From Candidatus Cloacimonadales bacterium (GTDB taxonomy: Bacteria; Cloacimonadota; Cloacimonadia; Cloacimonadales; JAFGVF01), in NCBI GenBank assembly GCA_963662585.1, contig OY759729.1:1504001-1568000 (forward strand): 64,000 nt of DNA. Reading direction: 5' to 3'. The first letter of the stretch is position 1; each line of letters opens with the position of its first letter. The notes beneath the pieces were generated by a model. The model saw only the letters and a program-made list of their open reading frames with translations, was not told where the DNA came from and did not search any database. Shown here in pieces: positions 8,878 through 19,218 of the stretch. Position numbers and translations under genes: made by a program.

Positions 8878-10914
8878 ATGAAAAGAGTTTTATTAATCGC
8901 AACCCTACTAATATCTTTGCTACTGTTATTGGTTGGTTGTTCAGGCATTTCTAACAAGAATAAGCAAGAGCCATCTGAAGAGATATATGTTAAATATGAT
9001 GGTGGAATGATAACAAAAGCAGATTTTAATCAATTAGTTCTTTCCCTACCTACCGAGCAACAAGAAGCATTGAATATGGCAGGGCAACAAGTTAAATTGC
9101 TTAATTCGATGGCTAAAGAAGAGGCATTTTACTGTAAAGCTAAGCAATTGGGTTATGACACAAATCCTGAAGTTCTTGATTTAATAGAAAAGAGATTAAA
9201 ACCTTATTACATCAATGATTTCTACAGCAAAACTATTAAATCTAAAGCTACAGTAACAGATGAAGAAGTTACTGATTATTATAATGAAAATCCTGATTTC
9301 TTCATGGAAGCAGCCAAAGCAACCATTAGATATATACAGGCTCAAGATATTGAATCAGCTCATGAGATATTAGCTGATATCAAAGTAAAAGGCCTAGACT
9401 TTAAAATAGTCTCTTACCGTAAATCAATCAATGAGTATGCCAAAAACAACGATGGCATGATTAGAGAGATTCAGAACAATGGATACATCCAAGGTATTGG
9501 TTATGATGCTGTATTAGACTCACTAATCTTCTCACTACCTGTTAATCAAGATGAGATTTATGGACCTTTTGAAACAGAAACAGGTGTACATATTTTCACT
9601 ATTCTTAACAAAGAAGAAGCCTTCGTAAAACCTTTTACCGAGGTAAAAGAACTAGCTACTAATCGCACTATAGCAGTCAAACAAAAGCAACTTAGTGATA
9701 ATTTAGTTAACAAAGTTATGACTGAGCAAAATATTAATATTGATAACGAAGTTCTTAATAATATTGACTTTGTTGACACCTCAAACAATAAGGAAGCTGA
9801 TTTAACTAAGCTCGTATTAAAAAGCGATATAAAAGATTTTTCATGGACAGTTGAAGATTTGTTAAATATCTATAATTCAGTAGAGAAAAACGAAAGAATG
9901 TTCATTGCTCAAAGTACTCCTCAAGAGATTCTTGATCATCTTTTAGCTAAACAAGTCTATTATTATCAGCTTAAAAAAGATGGATTTGATAAGGAATTAA
10001 ACAAAACAATGAAGTATAGTAGAAATATCAAAAACATCATATTATCCTATACTTATCAAAAATTAGTTGCTGAAAACATTAATGTTACTGACCAAATGAT
10101 AGAAGATTATTATAATGCTAATATGTTAGAGTTTGCTAAACCTGCTTATAGAAATATCGAATTATTAGAGTTTTTTAACAGTGAAAAAGCTGATCAAGCT
10201 TATAATAAATATATCTCAGCTGTTAATAAAGACGACAATGCTAAAATAGAAGAAATTATGCAAAAATATGCATCTAATGATTTTGATAAACGATTAATTA
10301 ACAATGTATATAATAATGGTATTGTCCCAGGTTATGGAAAAGATACAATTCTAAATACTGCAATATGGAGTCTACCTGTAAACGAAGTAAGCGATGTCTT
10401 AATTTCTAAAAAGGGCGATAAACCTGTTATATTTAGAGTACTCAGTGAGGAAGCTATTCAATATAAACCACTTAACCATGTGGAACCACAAATTGAAGGC
10501 AAACTTAGTAGAGAACAAGCAAGCACACTTTTCGATAATTTAATTAAAGAATATAAAGAAGAGTTCAACTTCGTCATCTATGAAGACAAGTTAAAGCCAA
10601 CTCTCACTACAGAAGAACTATTTGAATTAGCTGAAAGACAAGCCAAAATGGGTAAATATGATGATACTTTACTTTATTATGACCAAATAATCTCAACTTT
10701 CGCTAATGGAACTGATGATTACAAGGCCATGTTCATGAAAGGCTTCACCCAATCAGAATATATGAATGATAAACAAGCAGCAATAATTACTTTTACTCAA
10801 TTCTTAAACAAGTATCCTAAAGGTGATTTAAATGCTGATGCTCAAGTTATGCTGGATATTCTTACAGGGAAAACTTCAATTGAAATCCCTGAAGATCTTG
10901 AATTAGAAGATTAA
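8878..10914 (+). CDS. SurA/PrsA-like peptidyl-prolyl isomerase lipoprotein with C-terminal TPR
   Basis: Lipobox 'LLVGC', two parvulin-like segments ('GPFETETGVHIF') and a C-terminal TPR-like 'AMFMKGF...FLNKYPKG'. Confidence 0.75.
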   Translation: MKRVLLIATLLISLLLLLVGCSGISNKNKQEPSEEIYVKYDGGMITKADFNQLVLSLPTEQQEALNMAGQQVKLLNSMAKEEAFYCKAKQLGYDTNPEVLDLIEKRLKPYYINDFYSKTIKSKATVTDEEVTDYYNENPDFFMEAAKATIRYIQAQDIESAHEILADIKVKGLDFKIVSYRKSINEYAKNNDGMIREIQNNGYIQGIGYDAVLDSLIFSLPVNQDEIYGPFETETGVHIFTILNKEEAFVKPFTEVKELATNRTIAVKQKQLSDNLVNKVMTEQNINIDNEVLNNIDFVDTSNNKEADLTKLVLKSDIKDFSWTVEDLLNIYNSVEKNERMFIAQSTPQEILDHLLAKQVYYYQLKKDGFDKELNKTMKYSRNIKNIILSYTYQKLVAENINVTDQMIEDYYNANMLEFAKPAYRNIELLEFFNSEKADQAYNKYISAVNKDDNAKIEEIMQKYASNDFDKRLINNVYNNGIVPGYGKDTILNTAIWSLPVNEVSDVLISKKGDKPVIFRVLSEEAIQYKPLNHVEPQIEGKLSREQASTLFDNLIKEYKEEFNFVIYEDKLKPTLTTEELFELAERQAKMGKYDDTLLYYDQIISTFANGTDDYKAMFMKGFTQSEYMNDKQAAIITFTQFLNKYPKGDLNADAQVMLDILTGKTSIEIPEDLELED

Positions 10915-10931
10915 TAAGCAAAATATAAGAT

Positions 10932-10964
10932 TAAGGACAATTCCTCGGAATTGTCCTTTTTTTT
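10932..10964 (+). terminator. Rho-independent terminator
   Basis: AAGGACAATTCC-TC-GGAATTGTCCTT inverted repeat followed by a T tract. Confidence 0.8.
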
Positions 10965-11141
10965 CCTTCTTATGATACTTCTGTTAAATTAAGCGATAAA
11001 AATCTAAGAACTTATTGGCTTTCCCAGCTATCAAACTTGAAAAAGATCATATTTATTCATTAATTCTTAACTAAGAAATTCCTTGACAGAATTACCAAAA
11101 TAGATTTGATAATAACTCAAACTTTTTTAAAGGATAATCTT

Positions 11142-13235
11142 ATGGCAACGACAGAATTAGATAAAATTAGGAATATTGGTATTATGGCACACATTGATGC
11201 CGGGAAAACTACTACTACAGAAAGGATCTTATATTACACAGGTAATATTCATAGAATGGGTGAAGTCCATGATGGTAATGCTACTATGGATTGGATGGAA
11301 CAAGAAAAAGAAAGAGGAATTACCATTACTTCAGCTACTACTGTTTGCCATTGGAAAAATAATCAAATCAATATTATCGACACCCCAGGGCATGTTGATT
11401 TTACTGCTGAAGTTGAACGCTCACTAAGAGTTCTCGATGGAGCAGTTGCTGTCTTTTGTGCTGTTGGAGGAGTAGAACCTCAATCTGAAACTGTTTGGCA
11501 TCAAGCTGATAAGTATAAAGTGCCTAGAATTGCTTTTATTAACAAATTAGATAGAAGTGGTGCTGATTTTGAAAATGTTGTTGAGATGATTCAAGAAAGA
11601 TTATCAGATAGAGCACTTCCAATTCAAATACCAATTGGAAGTGAAGATAGTTTTACTGGAATTATCGACCTAATAAACATGAAGGCAATCTTTTTTGATG
11701 CCACTAGCTTAGGTGCAAATGTTGAAGTAACAGATATCCCTGAAGATTTGCTACCTGCTGCCGAAATGCACCAAGAAGCTTTAATAGATTTCATTGCTGA
11801 ATTTGATGAAGAGCTAATGGAAAAGTACTTAGAGGGTGAAATTCTCACCCCATATGAGATAATAAAATTAATCCGCAAAGGTGTTGTTTCTAATAACTTT
11901 ATTCCAATTTTATGTGGATCTTCTCTTAGAAACAAGGGCGTTCAACCACTCTTGGACGCAATTGTTAATTTTTTACCCTCACCACTTGATGTCCCACCTC
12001 TAGTTGCTACAACTTCCGATGGACTAAAAGAGGAGATAGTTAAGCCTAAATTGGATGCAAAATTTTCTGGATATGCCTTTAAGGTAGTGACTGATAAGTT
12101 TTCTGGTAAACTTGTATATATAAGAGTTTATTCTGGAACACTTAAAAAGGGTGATCAGTTTTTCAATGTTAATAATGGTAAAAAAGAGAGAGCAGGAAGA
12201 ATCCTCCAAATGTATTCTAACCGAAAACAGGATGTAGAAGAGTTACACGCAGGAGATATCGGGGCAATCTTAGGAACTAAGTTTACTATGACTGGTGAGA
12301 CTATTACAGAGAAAGATTATAATATTCTCTTAGCCAAAATGGATTTTCCTGATACAGTTATCTCAATAGCTATCGAGGCTAAATCGAAGTCTGATGAAGC
12401 CAGCTTGAAAGATGCTTTAATTAAATTCCAAGAAGAAGATCCTACTATAAAAGTCCGAGAAGATAAAGATACCGGACAAACTCTTATCTCTGGTATGGGA
12501 GAACTTCATTTAGAAATAATCATTGACCGTCTCTTTAGAGAGTTTAATGTTAATGCTAATGTCGGTGATCCTCAAGTTGCCTATAAAGAGACAATTCTAG
12601 CAGCTAATTCTGCTCAAGAGGTCTTTGATAGAATGTTAGGTGATAAACGCTGTTATGCTAGTGTGAAAGTTCGCGTCTCTCCAATTAACGAAGAAGAATT
12701 CTCTCCTACCAAGAAAAACATCTATGAATTTAAAGCTAAAAATGATCTTCCTCTAAATTTCCGTCATGCTATAGAAGAATCTGTTCTAAACTCTCTAAAT
12801 GATGGTCCAATTTTCAGTGCCAACCTAGAACGCGTTCGTGTTGAGGTTTTAGAAGCACAAACTCTTCCAGAAGAGACTAACGATACAGGATTCAGAATTG
12901 CTACTTCCATGGCTGTATCAAGAGCTATTAGAGAAACAAAAAGCGCACTCTTAGAACCAATAATGTTAGTTACTGTTATTACTCCTGAAGAGAATGTTGG
13001 AGATATTATCTCAGATCTAAATAGTAAAAGAGGTAAAATAGAAGATATTAGAAGCCAAACTAATAATAAACAAGAGATTTTAGCTAAAGTTCCTATGCGT
13101 GAACTCTTTGGTTATTCTACAACTATCAGATCTATAAGCTCAGGTCGAGCTATCTACTCTATGGAATATGATAGTTATCAAATCGTTCCAAATAATATTA
13201 AAGAAGAAATTATTAAAAAAATAAGAGGATATTAG
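11142..13235 (+). CDS. fusA: Elongation factor G family GTPase (probably EF-G2-type paralog)
   Basis: [23 protein letters not shown] and GMGELHL motifs; ATG 11142 after AAGGA. Not in the str operon, and domain IV is divergent. Confidence 0.88.
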   Translation: MATTELDKIRNIGIMAHIDAGKTTTTERILYYTGNIHRMGEVHDGNATMDWMEQEKERGITITSATTVCHWKNNQINIIDTPGHVDFTAEVERSLRVLDGAVAVFCAVGGVEPQSETVWHQADKYKVPRIAFINKLDRSGADFENVVEMIQERLSDRALPIQIPIGSEDSFTGIIDLINMKAIFFDATSLGANVEVTDIPEDLLPAAEMHQEALIDFIAEFDEELMEKYLEGEILTPYEIIKLIRKGVVSNNFIPILCGSSLRNKGVQPLLDAIVNFLPSPLDVPPLVATTSDGLKEEIVKPKLDAKFSGYAFKVVTDKFSGKLVYIRVYSGTLKKGDQFFNVNNGKKERAGRILQMYSNRKQDVEELHAGDIGAILGTKFTMTGETITEKDYNILLAKMDFPDTVISIAIEAKSKSDEASLKDALIKFQEEDPTIKVREDKDTGQTLISGMGELHLEIIIDRLFREFNVNANVGDPQVAYKETILAANSAQEVFDRMLGDKRCYASVKVRVSPINEEEFSPTKKNIYEFKAKNDLPLNFRHAIEESVLNSLNDGPIFSANLERVRVEVLEAQTLPEETNDTGFRIATSMAVSRAIRETKSALLEPIMLVTVITPEENVGDIISDLNSKRGKIEDIRSQTNNKQEILAKVPMRELFGYSTTIRSISSGRAIYSMEYDSYQIVPNNIKEEIIKKIRGY

Positions 13236-13296
13236 GACTTCTAAAGTAGAAATTTAGTCTCCCTTTCGCACGACTTATCGCGAAAAGGACTTCTTA

Positions 13297-14270
13297 AACT
13301 CCCCTCTTTAGTGATTAACTGGGGTTACGGACCTTTAGTCCGTGAATCTTAAACTCCCCTCTTTAGTGCTGAAGGCACGATAAAAGAGGGGTGGCTGCGA
13401 AGCAGACGGGGTGTTTTTAAAAGAGGGGTGGCTGCGAAGCAGACTGGGTGTTTTTAAAATCCCCCTCCGCGAGGGGGACACAGGGGGTGTTTTCTTCTAT
13501 GGAGTGGAAGCGTCTCTGCTTCCACATTAGACACTGGCATTTCTAGATTTTTAATCAGTTTAAACACTATTCATCTGTTATTTTCCCATTCACAGCGGAC
13601 AAGATGTCCACAATCCGACAGAAGAGGGATTATCACACTTTTCAACTCCCCTCTTTAGTGATTAACTGAGGTTACGGACCTTTAGTCCGTGAATCTTAAA
13701 CTCCCCTCTTTAGTGCTGAAGGCACGATAAAAGAGGGGTGGCTGCGAAGCAGACGGGGTGTTTTTTAAATCCCCCTCCGCGAGGGGGACACAGGGGGTGT
13801 TTTCTTCTATGGAGTGGAAGCGTCTCTGCTTCCACATTAGACACTGGCATTTCTAGATTTTTAATCATTTTAAATACTATTCATCTTTTATTTACCAATT
13901 CACAGCGGAGAAGATGTCCACAATCCGACAGAAGAGGGATTATCACACTTTTCAACTCCCCTCTTTAGTGATTAACTGGGGTTACGGACCTTTAGTCCGT
14001 GAATCTTACATTCCCCTCTTTAGTGCTGAAGGCACCCTAAAAGAGGGGTGGCTGCGAAGCAGACGGGGTGTTTTTAATCCCCCTCCGCGAGGGGGACACA
14101 GGGGGTGTTTTCTTCTATGGAGTGGAAGCGTCTTTGCTTCCACATTAGACACTGGGATTTCTAGATTTTTGATCAGTTTAAACACCATTCATCTGTTACT
14201 TAGCAATTCACAGCGGACAAGATGTCCACAATCCGACAGAAGAGGGATTATCACACTTTTCAACTCCCCT
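13297..14270. repeat. Three tandem ~310-bp units made of GC-rich hairpins (REP/BIME-like mosaic)
   Basis: Units start with AACTCCCCTCTTTAGTG at ~13297, 13644 and 13954, with a truncated fourth start at 14262. Unit 1 has an extra ~37-bp internal duplication. Confidence 0.92.
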
Positions 14271-14575
14271 ACTCAAAGCATTGACATCCCATGCTCTATC
14301 TAACTTAACTGAAAAATAAATTGAATAATGTTTGAGATGACTGAGAAGGAGCAGGGAATGACCAAAGAAATATGAGTCTAGGATGCTAAATATTAACCCT
14401 CATAATTACCAAATTTAACCTTTCTAACGAAGCGAAATTGCTTAAACTTTCTTCTTTTGTAAAACTATTTAAACAGCAACTTTTTCTATCAATTATTATA
14501 GTTATGATTTTCCTTGACAGTTTATATTTTAGTTAAATAGTTAGGAAAATAATAAACAACACATCAGGAGGATGT

Positions 14576-15550
14576 ATGTTCTACAATGGATGCAGAATGA
14601 AAGAAGTCTTTTTAAAGGCTAAGAAGAACAAGTTTGGCATAATTGCCTCAAATGTTGTATTTGATTTCGCAGTTAGACCTATAATTCAAGGTTACATGAA
14701 ACATAATTCTGACGGATTATTGCAGATGAGTTCAGGTGCTGTTAAATATGCAGCGGGTGATTCCCAAGACATCTATACAGGTGCCCATTTAATTTCTAAT
14801 ACAGTTAAGACTTTCGCAAGTCAGTTTAAAAATGCTGGGGTTGGTCTTCATATTGACCATGCAACTCCAAACTATATGGATTTTGTAATTTATTGTATCG
14901 AAAATGGCTTAGTATCTTCAGTAATGATAGATGCTTCCCATGAAAAGTTTGAAGAAAATGTTAGAATTTCTAAAGAGATAGTCACAGTTGCTCATAGATA
15001 TGGAGTTATTGTAGAAGGAGAAATCGGTTATATTAAAGGAACTGAAGATGAAATAGTTTCTGATAAAGAACTTTATACTTCTCCTGAAGAAGCATTAGAA
15101 TATGTTTCAAAAACTAATGTTGATCTCTTTGCAGCTTCTGTTGGTACTAATCACGGTGTTTCCAAAGGTTCAAAAATCAAGCTAAATTTAGATTTAATAA
15201 AAGAGATTGATAATCTTCTAATTGCTAATAACTTAGAAAGAGGAATAGTTTTACATGGAGCTTCAGGCTTAACAGACTATCAACAACAAACAGCTATTGC
15301 TAATGGTGTTGTAAAAATAAACAAAGATACTTGCTATCAAATGGATGCAGCAGCTGCAGTTGCTAAATTCTGGGGAGAGAATGCTGATTCTATTATCCCT
15401 CCAGTAGGTGTTGACCCTGAAGAATTTATGCCTGATAAGAAAAGATTTGATCCACGCAAATGGATAATTCTTGGTGAAAAAGCTCAACAAAAAACAGTTG
15501 AAGATTTAGTAACCATGAGTGGCTCAGCTAACAAATCAATCTTATTATAA
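14576..15550 (+). CDS. fba: Class II fructose-bisphosphate aldolase
   Basis: HIDH, MIDASH, VEGEIG, GTNHG, VLHGASG and KINKDT motifs; DPRKW at the C-terminus. Confidence 0.9.
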   Translation: MFYNGCRMKEVFLKAKKNKFGIIASNVVFDFAVRPIIQGYMKHNSDGLLQMSSGAVKYAAGDSQDIYTGAHLISNTVKTFASQFKNAGVGLHIDHATPNYMDFVIYCIENGLVSSVMIDASHEKFEENVRISKEIVTVAHRYGVIVEGEIGYIKGTEDEIVSDKELYTSPEEALEYVSKTNVDLFAASVGTNHGVSKGSKIKLNLDLIKEIDNLLIANNLERGIVLHGASGLTDYQQQTAIANGVVKINKDTCYQMDAAAAVAKFWGENADSIIPPVGVDPEEFMPDKKRFDPRKWIILGEKAQQKTVEDLVTMSGSANKSILL

Positions 15551-15568
15551 TATCATTAAGGAGAATAA

Positions 15569-16576
<1,008 letters not shown>

Positions 16577-16596
16577 CATACTAATAAAAAAAATAT

Positions 16597-16623
16597 AGGA
16601 GCTTGGAAACAGGCTCCTTTTTT
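16597..16623 (+). terminator. Rho-independent terminator after gap
   Basis: AGGAGCTTG-GAAA-CAGGCTCCT followed by a T run. Confidence 0.75.
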
Positions 16624-16735
16624 ATTATACAGAAATAAACTTGTCAAACAAAGCATCTTTAAAATGGCTCAAGTTCAAGTTGGTGGAAAGATAAATTTAT
16701 AACGAAACAGTTTAGTTAATAATGTACTGGTTGAA

Positions 16736-17109
16736 ATATCCCTGAAAGGGATTAATAGATTAGCCTGGGGTAAGATCCTGACTTGTGAGGGCGTAGCTTT
16801 TAAGCGAAGACTCAAGGGATCGTCACCCCAGGTACAATATCCAAAATATGTCCATAACCCTGTAAGGGTTTAATAGAAGAGTAACTGATTTAAATAATAA
16901 AACCTTGGTATATATGTTGTTATTAAACCCTTACAGGGTTACACTTTTTATATACATCCTAACCCAGGGTTGCAATCCCTTGAGTCTTCGCTAAAGCTAC
17001 GCCCTCACAAGTCAGGATTTTACCCTGGGCTAAACTATTAATCCCCGTTGGGGATATAAGACTCATCCTTTGAGGCTTCGCTAAAGCTACGCCCTCACAA
17101 GTCAGGATT
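16736..17109. repeat. REPIN-like long inverted repeat (16736-17057) plus an extra copy of its inner module
   Basis: Arms ATATCCCTGAAAGGGATTAATAG...AACCCTGTAAGGGTTTAATA and TATTAAACCCTTACAGGGTT...CTATTAATCCCCGTTGGGGATAT. The module CTTCGCTAAAGCTACGCCCTCACAAGTCAGGAT occurs three times. Confidence 0.85.
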
Positions 17110-17279
17110 AAGTCTTATTTAGCATAAAAACTTCTATTTCTTGTCCACTGTAAGCCCTAACTTACTGTAAGGCATAATTCAATTGATTAGTTTACTTGTT
17201 TTAGAAATCGCGCTACTTAACTTTGGAATAGTTAGTTAAAGCATTGATATCAGGTGATATAATATAGGAGTTTAACTAA

Positions 17280-17516
17280 CTATTTTTCTAATTCGTTATC
17301 TAATCCCTTCTTCCTAATTTCGCATTTATAACAATGTAGAAAAAATACCTTTTCAGGTGATCTGCACCCCGAACAATTAAAATCCTCTATTCCTAGAGGA
17401 TTTTCATCAGTAGAATATTTCTCTGCTAATTTAATTCTTAGATCATCATCATTATTTTTCCAAGCAAGATAAGTAGGACAGGTAGAACAATCAAAGCCAC
17501 AAAAACCTTTCAGCAT
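17280..17516 (-). CDS. DUF3795-like small Cys-rich protein
   Basis: 'CGFDCSTCPTY', 'CSGCRS' and 'HCYKCEIR' pattern. Confidence 0.7.
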   Translation of the reverse strand: MLKGFCGFDCSTCPTYLAWKNNDDDLRIKLAEKYSTDENPLGIEDFNCSGCRSPEKVFFLHCYKCEIRKKGLDNELEK

Positions 17517-17521
17517 AGAGC

Positions 17522-17794
17522 TTATTTCTTTTCCTCATTATTTATTGTCTTCTGATTTTCCAACTCTTGCTCGAGCATATTATTCTTTCTCTTTAATTCA
17601 CTAATAATACTTCCTCTTTGGGTATTTACCCAGATGATTCCGATATTTGTAACAATCAAGAGAGTTAGTGAAATAAACATAACAATGACTTCTAACCAGC
17701 CAAGTCCTTTTGTGGATTTATAGATATTAAAAAACGCTAACCCACTAAGTGTTGTGAGTATTAAGTTAATTATAGCGAAAAGATACAACATCAA
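17522..17794 (-). CDS. Small hypothetical membrane protein
   Basis: Two hydrophobic segments plus a coiled coil; ATGA overlap with the upstream permease gene. Confidence 0.55.
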   Translation of the reverse strand: MMLYLFAIINLILTTLSGLAFFNIYKSTKGLGWLEVIVMFISLTLLIVTNIGIIWVNTQRGSIISELKRKNNMLEQELENQKTINNEEKK

Positions 17795-18588
17795 TTTTCT
17801 CCTTTAATGAAGATATATTTCTTCAAAACATCAAATTTATTAAAAGACACTTTCTTTAGAAATAATATAACCAAAAATATAGAAATTGCCATTGTTGAAA
17901 AAATAGCAATCATCACTGCAATTTGGTATTTTATAGCTGTCATGGGAACAGAACCACCTAAGATTTGTCCCGTCATCATACCAGGTAGAGAGACTAATCC
18001 AATTGTTGCTATAGAAGCTAAGGTTGGTTTTAGTGAGCGTTTCATACTCTCTCTTACAATAGGTTTTAGAGCCTCTTGCCGAGAAGCACCTAGAGATAAA
18101 GTAAAGAAGTATTCTTTTTCTCTATTTCTGAAATAATCAAAAAATGTATTAGTCGCGATAATATTCCCCTTGAGGGAGTTTCCGAGTAGCATTCCTGAAA
18201 TTGGAATTAAGTACTTTGCATTAAAAATATCTGAGATATTAACAATGAAATAATTAAAATAACTAATATTAAAGAATAGTGATATTGCTAAAGCTCCTAC
18301 GATAGGCAAAAAGAATACTCTTTTACAGACGCCATTAGAATCAATGATACTGAAAGTAGATACAATAATCATCACAAGCAACCAAGCAATATTCAGCCAA
18401 ATATTATCCCACTCGAAAATGTATTTTAAATATACTCCTACTAAGCCCAGTTGTATAGACATGCGTAATATACTAAAAAAGCTCTCTTTTACTAATTTTA
18501 CTTTCATAGCATAGAGAATTCCTACTGGTACTAAGAGAAGCAAGTAGGCGAATAGCATTGAATATAAACTTAAATCTTTAGCTCCCAT
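17791..18588 (-). CDS. ABC transporter permease, FetB/YbbM (UPF0014) family
   Basis: 'RMSIQLGLVG', 'IPISGMLLGN' and 'GLVSLPGMMTGQILGG.. AIKYQI' motifs. Confidence 0.88.
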   Translation of the reverse strand: MGAKDLSLYSMLFAYLLLLVPVGILYAMKVKLVKESFFSILRMSIQLGLVGVYLKYIFEWDNIWLNIAWLLVMIIVSTFSIIDSNGVCKRVFFLPIVGALAISLFFNISYFNYFIVNISDIFNAKYLIPISGMLLGNSLKGNIIATNTFFDYFRNREKEYFFTLSLGASRQEALKPIVRESMKRSLKPTLASIATIGLVSLPGMMTGQILGGSVPMTAIKYQIAVMIAIFSTMAISIFLVILFLKKVSFNKFDVLKKYIFIKGEN

Positions 18589-18589
18589 T

Positions 18590-19201
18590 TTACCACTCCA
18601 CTTTGCGTAAATTGTTTTTTAGCCACACATCATCATGAGAAACAATAATAATTGTCTGTTTCATTTTAAGAAAATAATCTGCAATAAAGATTTTTAATTC
18701 GCTATTTAAAGCTGAAGTAACTTCATCAAGTAGAAAGATCTCTCTATTTAACAATTGCATAATTAAAATCCCAATTCGCTGTTTTTCTCCACCTGAAAGA
18801 GAAGTTGTGTCTTGAGTTAAAACATCCTTTGGTAACATTAAAGCTTCTAAGGAATCTTCTACTTTATTCTTCTCGTAGGAAATACTTTTGTTAGACTCAT
18901 AGCTTAAAACACTTTTGATAAAATCTTCAACTTTCATCTTGGGAAAAGATATATCTTGAGGTAAATAGGCAATCTTTGCTCTAATTTCTTTGATATTTTG
19001 AGCAGAAATAAGCTTTTCTGCTACCATTACTTCTCCAGAATCAGGTTTTAGGAAACCCATAATTATCTTAAGCAGTGAAGACTTACCCTTTCCTGATGGT
19101 GCATTAAGTATCACCTTCTCACCTTGCTTAATAGTTAAAGAAAGATTTGAAAAAACTTCTTTCTTCCCGAAACTTAGGTTAATATTCTTAATTTGAATCA
19201 T
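18590..19201 (-). CDS. ABC transporter ATP-binding protein (FetA/YbbL-like)
   Basis: Walker A APSGKGKS, signature LSGGEKQR, LLDEVTSAL. Confidence 0.9.
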   Translation of the reverse strand: MIQIKNINLSFGKKEVFSNLSLTIKQGEKVILNAPSGKGKSSLLKIIMGFLKPDSGEVMVAEKLISAQNIKEIRAKIAYLPQDISFPKMKVEDFIKSVLSYESNKSISYEKNKVEDSLEALMLPKDVLTQDTTSLSGGEKQRIGILIMQLLNREIFLLDEVTSALNSELKIFIADYFLKMKQTIIIVSHDDVWLKNNLRKVEW

Positions 19202-19218
19202 AAGAACTTCCTTTAGAA

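Noticed and set aside
13297..14270. CRISPR array
   Set aside because: Units are ~310 bp and near-identical along their whole length, with no unique spacers and no cas genes in the window.
13738..14303. ORFs 13738-13968, 13914-14303 and 14006-14188 as proteins
   Set aside because: They lie wholly inside the palindromic repeat units, have no RBS and have atypical composition.
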